Source of the DNA: Eledone cirrhosa
Lineage: Eukaryota
Direction: 5' to 3'
Assembly (NCBI GenBank): GCA_964016885.1
Contig: OZ024740.1
Span: 319,362,001 to 319,426,000 of the forward strand
DNA: 64,000 nt
A program made the translations under genes and the position numbers. This document shows, one piece after another, positions 45,308 to 55,710 of the stretch (position 1 is the first letter of the stretch; the number at the start of each line of letters is the position of its first letter). The notes below the pieces were generated by a model. That model was given only the letters and a program-made list of their open reading frames with translations, was not told the DNA's origin and did not search any database.

Positions 45308-45424
45308 GGGTTGTGGCTTAGTGGTTAGAGAGTTGGATTCGCAATCGTGAGGTTGCAAGTTCAATTCTCGGACCGGGTGATGCGTTGTGTCCTTGAGCAA
45401 GACACTTTATTTCACGCTGCTCTT
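45308..45424 (+). mobile_element. tRNA-derived CORE-type SINE, 3'-truncated
   Basis: A-box TGGCTTAGTGG (45314-45324) and B-box GTTCAATTC (45359-45367), followed by TGTGTCCTTGAGCAAGACACTTT (45386-45408), which resembles the MIR/CORE-SINE core TGTGACCTTGGGCAAGTCACTT. Confidence 0.75.
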
Positions 45425-45897
45425 TCTGCCAGGAGTTGCGACCGGTATATAGTATCAGCAATGGAAAGACCAATGGAAACATTGTTTCTTTGATCTGATT
45501 TTACGAAGTCCACCCCACTCGGCAAGCGAATGAGGTTTGGGATCTTGTCGATCGATCAAAGCATATCAGGCTAATTAGCCGATGTATATTTTAGATAATA
45601 CTATATATTCTCAAGAGTTCTTGTGAGTGGCAGGAGAGAGAGATACTCAATATTGACAAAGGGCAATAACCCAGAAAGAATATTATTGTCGATTGTTTCT
45701 CTCTGTCACCGCTAGAACAAAAGGATGGTGATAGCCATCTAAAAACATAGCGTATTGAGGCTGTTTGCTTGCAAACGAATCGAATATTATTATTATTCGA
45801 TATAAAACTTACAAATGCATTTACGTATCCGCTGTGTTAGAGCGAAAAACTAAACTCTCATTTTGTTTCAAATGTTATCATTATTTGGATTGGTAAG

Positions 45898-46090
45898 GAT
45901 GGTGGATTGGCAGTATCGGTAGAGGGTCGGACGCCATGCTTTCTAGCATAGAGTTACGGCCCTTGCCATTCTGAGTTCAAATCCCGCCGAGGTTAACTTT
46001 GCCTTTCATCCTTAAGGGGTCGATAACATAAAGTACCAGTAATGCACTGGATAATTGCTGGCCTTGTGCCAAAAGTAGAAACAATTATTA
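45898..46090 (+). mobile_element. Full-length tRNA-derived SINE (~190 bp, Octopus-type)
   Basis: A-box-like TGGCAGTATCGG (45908-45919), B-box GTTCAAATC (45975-45983), body CTTTGCCTTTCATCCTT..GGGGTCGATAA..AAGTACCAGT and an ATTATTA tail. About 93% identical (12 differences in 186 nt, by eye) to the inverted copy at 55711-55896. Confidence 0.9.
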
Positions 46091-46166
46091 CGGGGTCAAT
46101 AAAATAAAGCACCAGTAATGAACTGGGGTAATTGCTGGCCTTGTACCAAAAGTAGAAACATTATTA
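46091..46166 (+). repeat. Second copy of the SINE 3' end in direct tandem
   Basis: GGGGTCAATAAAATAAAGCACCAGTAATGAACTGGGGTAATTGCTGGCCTTGTACCAAAAGTAGAAACATTATTA repeats 46016-46090 with several substitutions. Confidence 0.85.
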
Positions 46167-46529
46167 TGAAAATGTTTGGAATGACTATAATATATTTTAG
46201 TAAAACACACAATAGAGTTATTTGTACATATCCTGGTCTGTTATAGTTAAATAAATGTGATACTGACAATAGTGTGAAAGCTTTAAAATGTGAATTAACG
46301 ATGTCATATAAATTATAGCAACTTGTTGCTATTGGTAAAGACATTGTTAGTCTCATGATGGGAATTATCAAAATATTGAAGCAGAATTTCCTTCAATTAT
46401 TTTAATTATATGTTGTGTCCTTCAGTTAAACAGTGTTTCCTGCTTCTGTTGACTGTTTACCAAGAGGTTTGGGATTTCTTGTATCAGAAACACACAAATA
46501 GATTTCTCTCTCATGATTTAGACAGATGA

Positions 46530-46629
46530 CTTATACAAAGTTGCTTTCGATAGGACCTGCTTGAAGGAGTACTTGAGGACTCTTCTTCCACGACTCTCCT
46601 AGGAATAAGTGGGTGAAGGAGAAGAAGAA
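46530..46629 (+). mobile_element. Old RTE-clade LINE 3' end with short GAA tail
   Basis: GTTGCTTTCGATAGGACCTGCTTGAAGGAGTACTTGAGGACTC...AGGAATAAGTGGGTGAAGGAGAAGAAGAA aligns with the 3' ends at 47470-47560 and 54908-55000. Confidence 0.75.
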
Positions 46630-46856
46630 CTTATAAAACCACATACTCGATAGTTAATGATGGAGAAAACCTACTAAAGATTCCTACAACTGCAGAACTT
46701 GGTGGTTAATTATTGAACCAGCTGTGGGAAGAATAAGAACCCACTCACTTGAATTATAAACCTGTTTTCAAACTAAGAATTCTAAAAAATGCTTTTCTAC
46801 TGAAATACTTTATAAAATGTATTCGGATGAAAATAACTTGGTATATTTGTTATTTA

Positions 46857-47153
46857 CGATTGTTGGTTGAAAAGTTCATAGGCTGACCAGATGCTCTCAT
46901 GGAATGATCAAATGAGGTTTATTTTTCAACATAGTCCCTGGAAGGAAACACTGTAGTTATTAATAAGAAGAGTTGAAATTAATACATGCAAGATTTCACA
47001 GCTCTAGAAACAATCCTTTATAGTCAGCCTATAGCCCCTGGAAAGAAATAATGCAGTTATTAATAAGAAGAGTTGAAATTAATACATTCATGATTTCACA
47101 GCTCTAACATCACTCCTTCTTAGTCAGCCTATGAACTTTTCAGCCCGGCCTTG
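46857..47153. mobile_element. Mariner-type MITE with an internal 100-bp tandem duplication
   Basis: ~31-bp TIRs whose inner 20 bp (TGAAAAGTTCATAGGCTGAC / GTCAGCCTATGAACTTTTCA) are a perfect inverted repeat. TA flanks both ends (46855-56, 47154-55). 46931-47030 is repeated at 47031-47130. Homologous to 60427-60624. Confidence 0.88.
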
Positions 47154-47278
47154 TATCTCATTCTTGACCAACTACGTGTAAATGTATGACTTGAGTTGAC
47201 GACTTGTTAAAGCAAGGTTATTAGATGAATTAACATTACTGAGAAAACCATATGGGAATACATTAAAATCATCAACGC

Positions 47279-47630
47279 CCGAATTGAGAGATCACAGCTT
47301 CGATACTATGGTATGTGGTTAGAATGTCTCAGGAAAGAATCACTGGACACATTTTACGAACCAAACCAACCTGCAAGTGACCGAGAGGTAGACTCCAAGC
47401 ATGAGGGTTGGACAACATCCGTGAGCTTGGCTGGTCTCGCTTAGGGATCCAGCCGGATCAGTTGGAGATGGTTGCTTCTGACAGGACCTGCTGGAAGGAG
47501 TGCCTTAGCGCTCTGCCCACCACGACACTCTCAGGAATATGTGGGTGAAGAAGAAGAAGAAGAAGAAGAAGAAGAAGAAGAAGAAGAAGAAGAAGAAGAA
47601 GAAGAAGAAGAAGAAGAAGAAGAAGAAGAA
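47279..47630 (+). mobile_element. RTE-clade (Rex3/Expander-like) LINE 3' fragment with (GAA)28 tail
   Basis: Degenerate translation RIERSQLRYY...KPTCK*PRGR...LDNIRELGWSRLGIQPDQLEMVASDRTCWKECL resembles the RTE ORF C-terminus (GRRPRGRPRTRW...AWERLGIPPEELEEV). Ends in (GAA)28. Confidence 0.8.
47547..47630. repeat. (GAA)28 microsatellite
   Basis: Pure GAA run of 84 bp. Confidence 0.97.
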
Positions 47631-47637
47631 TGATTTC

Positions 47638-47643
47638 TTTATT
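47638..47643 (-). promoter_or_regulatory. Polyadenylation signal AATAAA at the LINE 3' end
   Basis: TTTATT on the + strand, ~250 nt after the ORF2 stop and 4 nt before the element end. Confidence 0.6.
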
Positions 47644-47892
47644 AACCACAAGGGTTTACATAAAGTAGACATTAAGGACAGTGCAGGACAATGCAGGACG
47701 GTACAAATGGGCATTTCTGCGTGTAAAAAACAAAAACAGAGGATGTAACAAAAATAACAATGAAAATAACAATGAAAAATTCCCCAATAGGGGGGAGACT
47801 TCGGAGGGACATTTGTGGAGAAAGCCCAGTAAAAAGCCACAATGACCCTGACCACCAAGGCAAGTGCCCTCTCCCAGTTTTCCACCTTTAAT

Positions 47893-50800
47893 TTACAGAT
47901 ATATACTCAGAGTAGGCCCATTCACTCGGGCCATTCTTGCTTCTCTCACCCATCTTTCAACAAAATGCTGGGAAGAGAGCACTTCCCTCTCTACTCTGAT
48001 TTTCCTTTTCAAATGAAATTTGAAAAAGTCAATCAGAGCATCACCGAAGAGGTAAGTGCTCGTCTTCAGCCCTTTCAAACGTGTCCACCATACTATCTCT
48101 TTCGCCATGGCCACCAGACAGATAAAAACTGCCTGCCCTTCCTGGCTAAAGGAGGGGGGCGGGGCAATCCTCACGATGGACTCAGATGATAGCCGGATCC
48201 GTCCTAAACGCGACAGCAGGTGTTCGACATAAACCCACAAGTCAGCAATTTTCGGACACTGGACGAGTGCGTGCAGGACGGTTTCGTCGCCCTGCGCGCA
48301 TCTCGGACATGCCCGGTTGACGGCACCTCCATGCCTGTAGAGTTTATCCCGAACTGGCAAGGCTCCTCGGTAGCACTGCCAGGCCAGAGATTTCTGGAAG
48401 TTGTCCATAGGCCCCGGCCCGAAAGTTCTTCCGAAGAGATTGGCTAGTTGATTTTCGTCGACGCCTAGAGTTTCCCCAAGTACGTCGTCGCTCTTACCCT
48501 CCACTAATCCTCTATAGAACGCCGAGGTGGAGTTTCCACCGATCACATTGCCCGATTGGTCGAGGGCTGTGAGCGCCTGAAGACATTTCAGTCTCCAGGC
48601 GCTCCCTCTCGGTCTTCGCTTGACCCAGGACTGCAGCTCCGTCAAGGAAACGAGCTGGGGAAATACGCGCCTAGCAAACGGCGACCACACCTGATCACCG
48701 TCGAGGAAGAGGTGGAGATGTCGTAGCCTGAGCGCGTGTCTGCGCATCATCAGCCACGGCATGCCCAGCCCTCCACGTAGCGGGTGTTGACAACAGATGG
48801 ACCGCCTGACCATCGGAGCACGTCCCTTCCACAAAAAGCGAAAGAGCAAACGCTCCAGCGCAGTCAGGCTAGGCTTAGGACAAGGCACGACGGTCAGGCG
48901 GTAGCAGATGACAGACGCGATGTACGCGTTAGCCACCTCCGCTCGACCTTTCAGGGATAGCTTCCTCTCCGCCCATTTCTGTGTGAGAGAAGCCACCCTG
49001 CTCGTCACCTCGTCCCAGTTTTTGTCCGTCTGGAGGTCCGGACCGAACCAGACCCCTAGCAATTTAACCGGTCCGTCCAGCGTCCGACGACGCTGTTGGA
49101 CGGCATGAACCTTCCTCTCCAGGTGCCGAGCTGCAGGCCCACTGACTTTTCCTGGTTGATCATTGCTCCTGTCACCGCTTCGTATTCTCTTAGTGTAGTG
49201 CCGATCGCCTCGATGTGTTTGGCGTTCGACACCACTACGGTGACATCGTCCGCATATGCTGACACGGATCTTCCGCATCCTAGTTCGCGCAGGACTCCCC
49301 TCAACGTCTCCAGTTTGTGCAGTAATGGCTCGAGAGTCAATACGTACAAGAGGGACGAGAGGGGACATCCTTGGCGGACCGAGCGCATGATGTTGAACGG
49401 TTCCGACAGGTGACCGTTCACTCTCACCACAGAGCAGATGTCACTGTGCATGGCAGCGATCCAGCCTCTGAAGACGGGCCCAAAGCCAGCCGCCCTCAGG
49501 ACTGCCGCTAGGTAACGATGGTCGACCCTATCGAAAGCTTTCAACCTCTTTGCTAGCACCTTGGCCAAAATCTTGAACTCTGTGTTTAGCAGAGTTATGG
49601 GCCGGAAATTGTCTATGTTATCCCCCTCGTTCGGATCCTTTCTCAGCAGTGCCACCGCTCCTCGGCTCACAGAACTGGGAATTCTCCCGTTCTGTTGCCA
49701 GTTGCAGTAGAAGTCCGCCATGAGGCCTCCGAACAAGTCTGGCATCTGTACGTAAAGTTCATAGGGAAGACCATCCAAACCAGGCGATTTACCCCTTGTG
49801 CAGCCAGTCATTGCCTCCCTTACTTCAGCGGCTGTTATCGGCTTTTCGCAACACTTCGCCTCAGTGGCCGAGAGCCGCGGCAGTCCGTCGAGGTAGACAC
49901 TAAAGTCCATTCCTCTACCCGGCCCACCGCTGCCCCCGAACAGCTGAGCGAAGTGTCGCTGAAAAGCTTCACACATTTGCCCGGGATCGAGTAGCATGCG
50001 CCCGTCGTGGTCCACCAAAGACCGGATCGTGGCTTTGTTGCCACGACGCGCCTCCGCCACTCGGGCCCATTGAACGGCTTTCGTCCCCTCGTGTCTGAGA
50101 GCACGCACCCTTGCTCTGACAACGCAGCCTTCGTGCTTTGCATTGAAGAATTGGTCAAGGGCCAATTTCGCCGCAAGCACGTCGGTCGCAATGCCTTTGC
50201 TAAGCGCCTCGTCTAATTTTCTAACTAGTTCTCCCTCTGCTCTATTTTTCTCTATTGCTAAAGCCTTACTAAACCTAATCGATTCTATTCTAATCGCTCT
50301 TTTCAGAGCAAACCACCACTTGTTGTTGACGATGGCCTCCGTCAACGCCCGCTTAACTAGTTCGCTAATCCGGTCTCTGTAGGCCTTGCGCGCTGGTAAG
50401 GACGCGTTTAGCTTCCAGTAGCCGGGTCCTCGTCTATGAAGCCTATCTAAGTCAACCACACAGATCACGAATTTGTGGTCCGTGTAGCTGACTATCTTGA
50501 ATTGTGGACAGCCTATGCTAGACCTATCTATTTCCCTACAAAATACTCTATCTAGATATGATCTGGATGACCCTATGCGGTTTGTCCAAGTCCACATTGG
50601 CACATTCGGGAAATCCAATCGGTACCTGTCAGACAGTTCAAAACGCCTGAGCAGGTTGGTGAGGCTCTTGCACCCTCCACCCCTATCCGCTAATCCCACA
50701 CAGTCCCAGCGTGCATCTAAGATCCCGTTCCAGTCGCACACTAACACTAAAGAGCGGGACGTTCCAAGAAAGGTCTCCAGACGCCGGAAGAAATCAGGCC

Positions 50801-51155
50801 GCCCTGCTCCTGTCGGGGCATAGACGGCCACTAGCCTGAAAGCTTGCCCGTCTCCGCTGGTCACGTCCAGCACCACCAACTTACCCTCTGGGTCCAGGAA
50901 GATGGCCCGTATGGCGAGATCCAAACCTCTCCGAAAAAGCACAGCAACTCCTCCACCCGATCCAGGACGGCTGGGAGATGCGTACACATCGTAGCCGCCG
51001 AAGATCGGTGCGAAGGCCCGTGCTTCGGAGATTCTGGTCTCGCTGATGGCCACTACATCTATGTTTAGTGACCTGAGGTCGTTGAGCAGGTGACCCTGCT
51101 TCCATGACGACCCCAAGCCACGCGCATTTATGCTGCCTATTCTGAGTGAGGTCAT
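47893..51155 (-). pseudogene. LINE ORF2: APE endonuclease + reverse transcriptase + C-terminal Cys/His zinc finger; frameshifted, with an internal deletion
   Basis: EN motifs SINARGL, VAISETR, VYAP, xDWN, SYLDRVF and TDHK. RT motifs GKSPGLDGLPYE, NFRPITLLNTEFKIL, KAFDRVDH, VRQGCPLS and YADD (49245-49256). C-terminal CPRC...ETVLHALVQC. ORF 49056-51155 joins ORF 47893-49368 across a frameshift at ~49075. Confidence 0.93.
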
Positions 51156-51190
51156 GTTTAAAATAGAGTGGAAAAGATGGGAAAGACCAC

Positions 51191-53295
51191 TTACCGTACT
51201 TTTGGTAGAGGAGGGATGGTTTTTACATCCCTTTTCACTTGATCGTCTGGTGAAGGGACCGTTGAATCGTCCCTTCGGCTGGTCGTCGGCTCTTCTAAGA
51301 GAATGTCTGAATATACTCTTCGATTGATGGTTCCTCCTAGGTCCCTGAAATCACCAACTGCGTTGGGGAATTTCGTTTTAATGTTTGTGTATTGTTTCTG
51401 TGCTATTTTTAGCAGTCTTATGTTAGTTGGCGTTTTGATTGGTGCTGGTATTATGTAGTCCTGTTGTGAAATGTCTGTGTGTTCAATTATGTAAGTCATT
51501 AGTTTCCTGTTGTGTGTATTTATTGCCGTGCATTTGTTTTTCTGGGGGTGGGGTGTGGTTCTGCTATTTTCTTGTCGTTGTTGCTGGGTGTATGTGTTTT
51601 GTTGTTGTGTTTGCGATGTTGGTGCTTGTGGTGGTGGTGTTGAAGGTGTTGTTGGCGGTGGGGTTGTCGCCGGTGGTGATGGTGGTGCTAGTGTGGGTGG
51701 TGATGGTGTTGGTGGTGTTGCTGCTGTGGGTCTCTTTCCAGTAGACTTTACCCTTTTCTCCTTTCTTTCCTCCCTTTTCAAAGGCGACGATGCGCTGCTT
51801 CTGCGTTTGTGCCTTCTTACGACCTTTTGCCATCCCTCTCCCACCTCACACTCCATGTCTGATTCTGTGAGGTCGGGGAGGGGTACCAGCTCCACTCTTT
51901 CACTTGTTGTTGTTGGTGATGTTTGCACTGGAGTCTCTGTTGCAGCTGCATTTGGTATTGCTGTTGTTGTTAATATTTCCACTGCTGCTGCTGTTTTTGA
52001 TTTCCGTGGAGTGGGTATGGGTGCCACGGACCTATCGTTCCTGGTTGCCGCTTGTCCTGTTGCTGGTAGCCGTGGAGCCGGATTCGGAAGGAGGGGGGTT
52101 TCCTCCTTTCTCAGGGTCTTCTCGTTGCAGAAGGCCCTGAGGTGAGTCTTCGATCCACAGCGAAAGCATTTCGGGTGTTTGCCCTCAACACTTATGGGCA
52201 GTTGAGTGCCGTTATCGAAGTCTATCACATCCGGGATAGCTTTGATGCACTCCTGGTTGGTTTGGATTAGCATCTCAATGGAGGTGCCTACCCAATCTTC
52301 TCTTACTTTTTTCTGTACTTGCAGTACAGTTGTTTTGTCCTCGATTCCGACGAGGACAGACGCGGCCAGCCAAGAAGGGGCCATTCCGGGGGGGGGGGGG
52401 GCGTGGGTCAGTTTGACCCTCACAATTTTTTGCCCGCAGTAGGAGGGCACCAACACCATTTCCTCGCTCCTTAGGGTCACTACTGATTGGGCCTTTGCCT
52501 CCTGGGTGTGGCAAAAAGTACGTCTACGGTGGCATATTTTTTGCCTCGGGTGATGTGCGTTTTCCGCTGCCACACAGACCCCAAGGCTTTTTGTATTTGG
52601 GCCTCTGTGGCTCTTTCCACCCTACGGGATTTTGTACTTACTGTACGGTACGTGACCGTACAGTGCTCTTGGGTTTCGAAAAAAATTTCCGCTGCCTTGC
52701 AGATTGCTCAGTGTTCATTCTTTGTCACCATCTTCTTCGCTTCCTCTAATTCCTCATTTGTTATGAGGATTGTTTCCAAGTTTTTCGCAATACCTGCAAA
52801 TGAGATTGGTTTTTCTCTGCTGCTGCTGTTGTTGTTGTCGTCAGAGCTGCTGGTACTTTTGTTGTTGCTGCAGGTACTACGACTACTGCCTCCGCCGCTG
52901 TTGCTGTGGTTGTTGTTGGTGTTGCTGCTGCCAATGCTGTTGTTGTTTATGCTGCTGGTGATGCTGTTGCAGCTGCTACTGTTGTTTTCATTGTCACTGT
53001 TGCTGTTGTTATTACCGCTGCTACTGCTATTATTCCTGACGTCAGACGAATGAACTGGGTTTTCGTATTTCCCGCACACCTGTTTCGTCGCTATCGTCGT
53101 CGTCGTGGAGAAACCTTGCACGCTTTGCACGAGACTTTTCTTTTCTTTCGTCACTTGCGAAAGAGAAGGGAGAGAGAGAGACACATTTAAAGAAGGGAGG
53201 GAGAGAGACAATCTTCTCTCTGCTGTAGTGATGATTGAGGAAGAAGAAGACGGAATGAGTGGGTGTGACGTATGAAATTTCTTTTTCGTAGCCAT
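51191..53295 (-). pseudogene. LINE ORF1 (gag-like; low-complexity N-terminus, RRM-like region, CCHC zinc knuckle, Pro/Thr-rich tail), disrupted
   Basis: ORF 52708-53295 stops at an in-frame TGA (52708-10). Reading continues AICKAAEIFF...RGKKYATVDVLFATP, then shifts frame at ~52503 into ORF 51191-52573. The knuckle CFRCGSKTHLRAFC (CX2CX4HX4C) is at 52127-52168. Confidence 0.85.
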
Positions 53296-53509
53296 GTTGT
53301 TTTTTGTTTAAAATGAATATTGGGTACAAAACCCCAATAACTGGTTATTTAACCCCGAAGGACCAAATAACGGACAGAAAGACCCCTCTCATGAGGAGGA
53401 GGGTGTCTTTATCAACAATTTGGTTCAAGTTTTAAACAATTTACAATTGTTTTAACGGTTAAAAATTACTATACCTTACAGAGCCGAGCCTCCGTCAACC
53501 ATGGCATTC

Positions 53510-53551
<42 letters not shown>
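53510..53551. repeat. (AAT)14 microsatellite abutting the LINE 5' end
   Basis: Pure AAT run of 42 bp. Confidence 0.95.
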
Positions 53552-53929
53552 TTGATATATTGTAATATTGAAAATATTTCGATCCTAAACCTTTAATCAG
53601 GTTATTGGTTTGAAGAATTAGAACGGAGAGATGTGCGCAAGAAAGCAAAGTTAATAATTCCTTTTATGCTTATTCAAACAGCTGAAAAAATATGAGAAAA
53701 AGTTTTGAAATTCTATGAAATATTGCAGCCCATTTTCCCAATTGATGGAATATTTGGATGCATAAAATAATCCATATCTGGTACCAAAATCCATTTGTTG
53801 GATTGCCAGTCAATAAAATATTTAATCTCAATGTGTTTATGTCATTATAGACAGAAATACCTATTATTATTGAGTGTCAGCATTATTAACCCTTTCGTCT
53901 GAAGATTGCCACCTTACTTCTGCCCTAAT

Positions 53930-54110
53930 ATGTCGTTCGCCTCGTGGTCCCAGTCCACATGATGGAAAAGATATTGCTCCAGAGGACGGCGAGGGCAACG
54001 TGGTGAAACAGCCACTCCACCTCGCGGGGCTCATACCCGCGGACAGCCAACTCCGCTCCGATGGCAGTGAGCAAGGATATGGTCCGAGAAGGGAGGGGCG
54101 AGAACGGGAT
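53930..54110 (-). mobile_element. Probable 3'-terminal fragment of a CRE/RLE-type non-LTR retrotransposon
   Basis: A GC-rich island in AT-rich DNA. The minus-strand peptide SRTISLLTAIGAELAVRGYEPREVEWLFHHVALAVLWSNIFSIM resembles the CRE-clade C-terminal pattern (..IG.R+A..G..RE..WL.QR+S+A+.RGNA.SI), judged from memory. Confidence 0.45.
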
Positions 54111-54548
54111 CAATAAAACTAATGTAGACATTTTTTGGAGAGAAGTTTATAAGTGTAAAGATGTTTTGAATAGACTGTGGCACTAAATACCATCATAATG
54201 TTAAGAATATCTGCCTGGGGAGGTATAGAAGCTTGTGTAAATTATATTCATATAAAAGGTAATGAAAATATTGAGTAATATATTTTCTGAAAAAGCAATG
54301 TGAGGAAATTAGTTCTAGTTAATATATTTAATGCATTTGGAGTTAATTCTACATATGTTAAATTCAAAATGGGGGAAATATTTGTAAACTTAGAATCTTA
54401 GGGGCGCCGCATTGACGGCGTTTCTTGAATATTTAAAAACCCGACGGAGCCCATCTCCTCTCCAGATCTGAATACAGCAGATTTCTTTCAAAGAAAAGGA
54501 TAGAGAATAAGAGAATGAAAGTGAAAAAGAAATATAGAGGAAGGAGCG

Positions 54549-54700
54549 CCCCTAGTACTAGACTGGTACTTTTTGATCGATCTCGTATGGATGAAAGGCA
54601 CATTTGACCTCGGCGAGTCCTGAACTTAGAGAGTAGAGAGTCGGACCAAATACTATAAAGCATTCTATTCGATGTTCGAACAACATTGCTACACCCACCT
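54549..54700 (-). mobile_element. Older diverged tRNA-derived SINE
   Basis: ACTGGTACTTTTTGATCGA..GGATGAAAGGCA..GACCTCGGCGA..TGAACTTAGA matches the minus-strand SINE at 55711-55896. Confidence 0.8.
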
Positions 54701-54744
54701 CCCTTATACGCAGGAATACATTATTTAATATGTCTTTTCTTTAT

Positions 54745-55115
54745 TTAGGACAGTAAGGGGTAGAACCGAAATTCTCCGAATTGTGAGATCACAGCTCCAA
54801 TACAAAGGGCATGTGGTCCCAGGAGTAGACTCCGATCATGATGGCTGGATAACATCCATGAACCTGTCTGGTCTCGCTTGGGGATCCAGCCGGATCAGTT
54901 GGAGACGGTTGCTTCTGACAGGACCCGTTGGAAGGAGTGTTTGAGGACTCAGCTGACCACGGCACTCTCAGGAATAAGTGGGCGAAGAAGAAGAAGAAGA
55001 AGAAGAAGAAGAAGAAGAAGAAGAAGAAGAAGAAGAAGAAGAAGAAGAAGAAGAAGAAGAAGAAGAAGAAGAAGAAGAAGAAGAAGAAGAAGAAGAAGAA
55101 GAAGAAGAAGAAGAA
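54745..55115 (+). mobile_element. RTE-clade LINE 3' fragment (internal ~70-bp deletion) with (GAA)44 tail
   Basis: Homologous to 47279-47630 (GAATTG.GAGATCACAGCT...GGTCTCGCTT.GGGATCCAGCCGGATCAGTTGGAGA.GGTTGCTTCTGACAGGACC). GAA run at 54984-55115. Confidence 0.82.
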
Positions 55116-55710
55116 TGACTGTAATTCGAGGGAAATTTGACTGCTATTTCTAGCAGTCAAACTCTACTGAGCTTAGTAGAATGGAGGCGTATCATACGAT
55201 TCATGATTACATTGCAATTGTTATGTACGCAGAACTCCACTATATACCTCATAACCCACGCCTCAATATGTGCATGTTGAAGAAGATAAGCATTTGGTGC
55301 TTAGTAATGATATATACAAGAGAAGTGACAGCATAAATATCTGTTACATACTCTGTGGTAGATAATAATAACTTAGAATATCTCCTGGTCGTGGTCATTA
55401 TTACTCAATGTTCTATTGTGTGTGTGAGAGAAGGTGTGAGAGAGAGAGATTAAGAGGGTGAGAGAGAGGGTGAGAGAGAGGGTGAGAGAGAGAGGGTGAA
55501 AGAGAGAGATTGAGAGGGTGAGAGTGAGAGAGGGTGAGAGAGAGTCTGTGGATGGGAAAGAGAAAGAAAAGACAAAGAGAGACAAAGAGAGAGAAGGTTT
55601 GGGTGAAAGGGGCGAAAGAGAGGTGTATGTGAGAGATAGTGAAAGAGAGAAAGAGAGTTAGAGAAAGTAAGAAAGTTTGTATGAAGGGGGAAGTGTTTGA
55701 AAGAGATAAT

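Larger units (their letters stand above)
47634..53509 (-). mobile_element. Full-length, inactivated Tx1/L1-clade non-LTR retrotransposon (~5.9 kb)
   Basis: Contains a 5'UTR (53509-53296), ORF1 with a CCHC knuckle, a 35-bp spacer, ORF2 (APE endonuclease, RT, C-terminal zinc finger) and a 3'UTR ending AATAAAGAAA. GC-rich relative to the flanks. Bounded by (AAT)14 and (GAA)28. Confidence 0.93.

Noticed and set aside
45308-45380. Functional tRNA gene
   Set aside because: It has A/B boxes but a poorly paired acceptor stem and runs into a CORE-like SINE body, so it is a SINE head.
47458-47885. Poly-K/F/L ORFs (also 54789-55160)
   Set aside because: These are translations of (GAA)n microsatellites.
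47842-53190. Plus-strand and alternative-frame ORFs overlapping the LINE
   Set aside because: They are shadow ORFs of GC-rich or low-complexity LINE coding sequence with no recognisable domains.
53886-53898. piggyBac end (TTAACCCTTTCG)
   Set aside because: No convincing matching opposite TIR nearby. AAAGGGTTAA at ~57447 is too short and too distant to support it.
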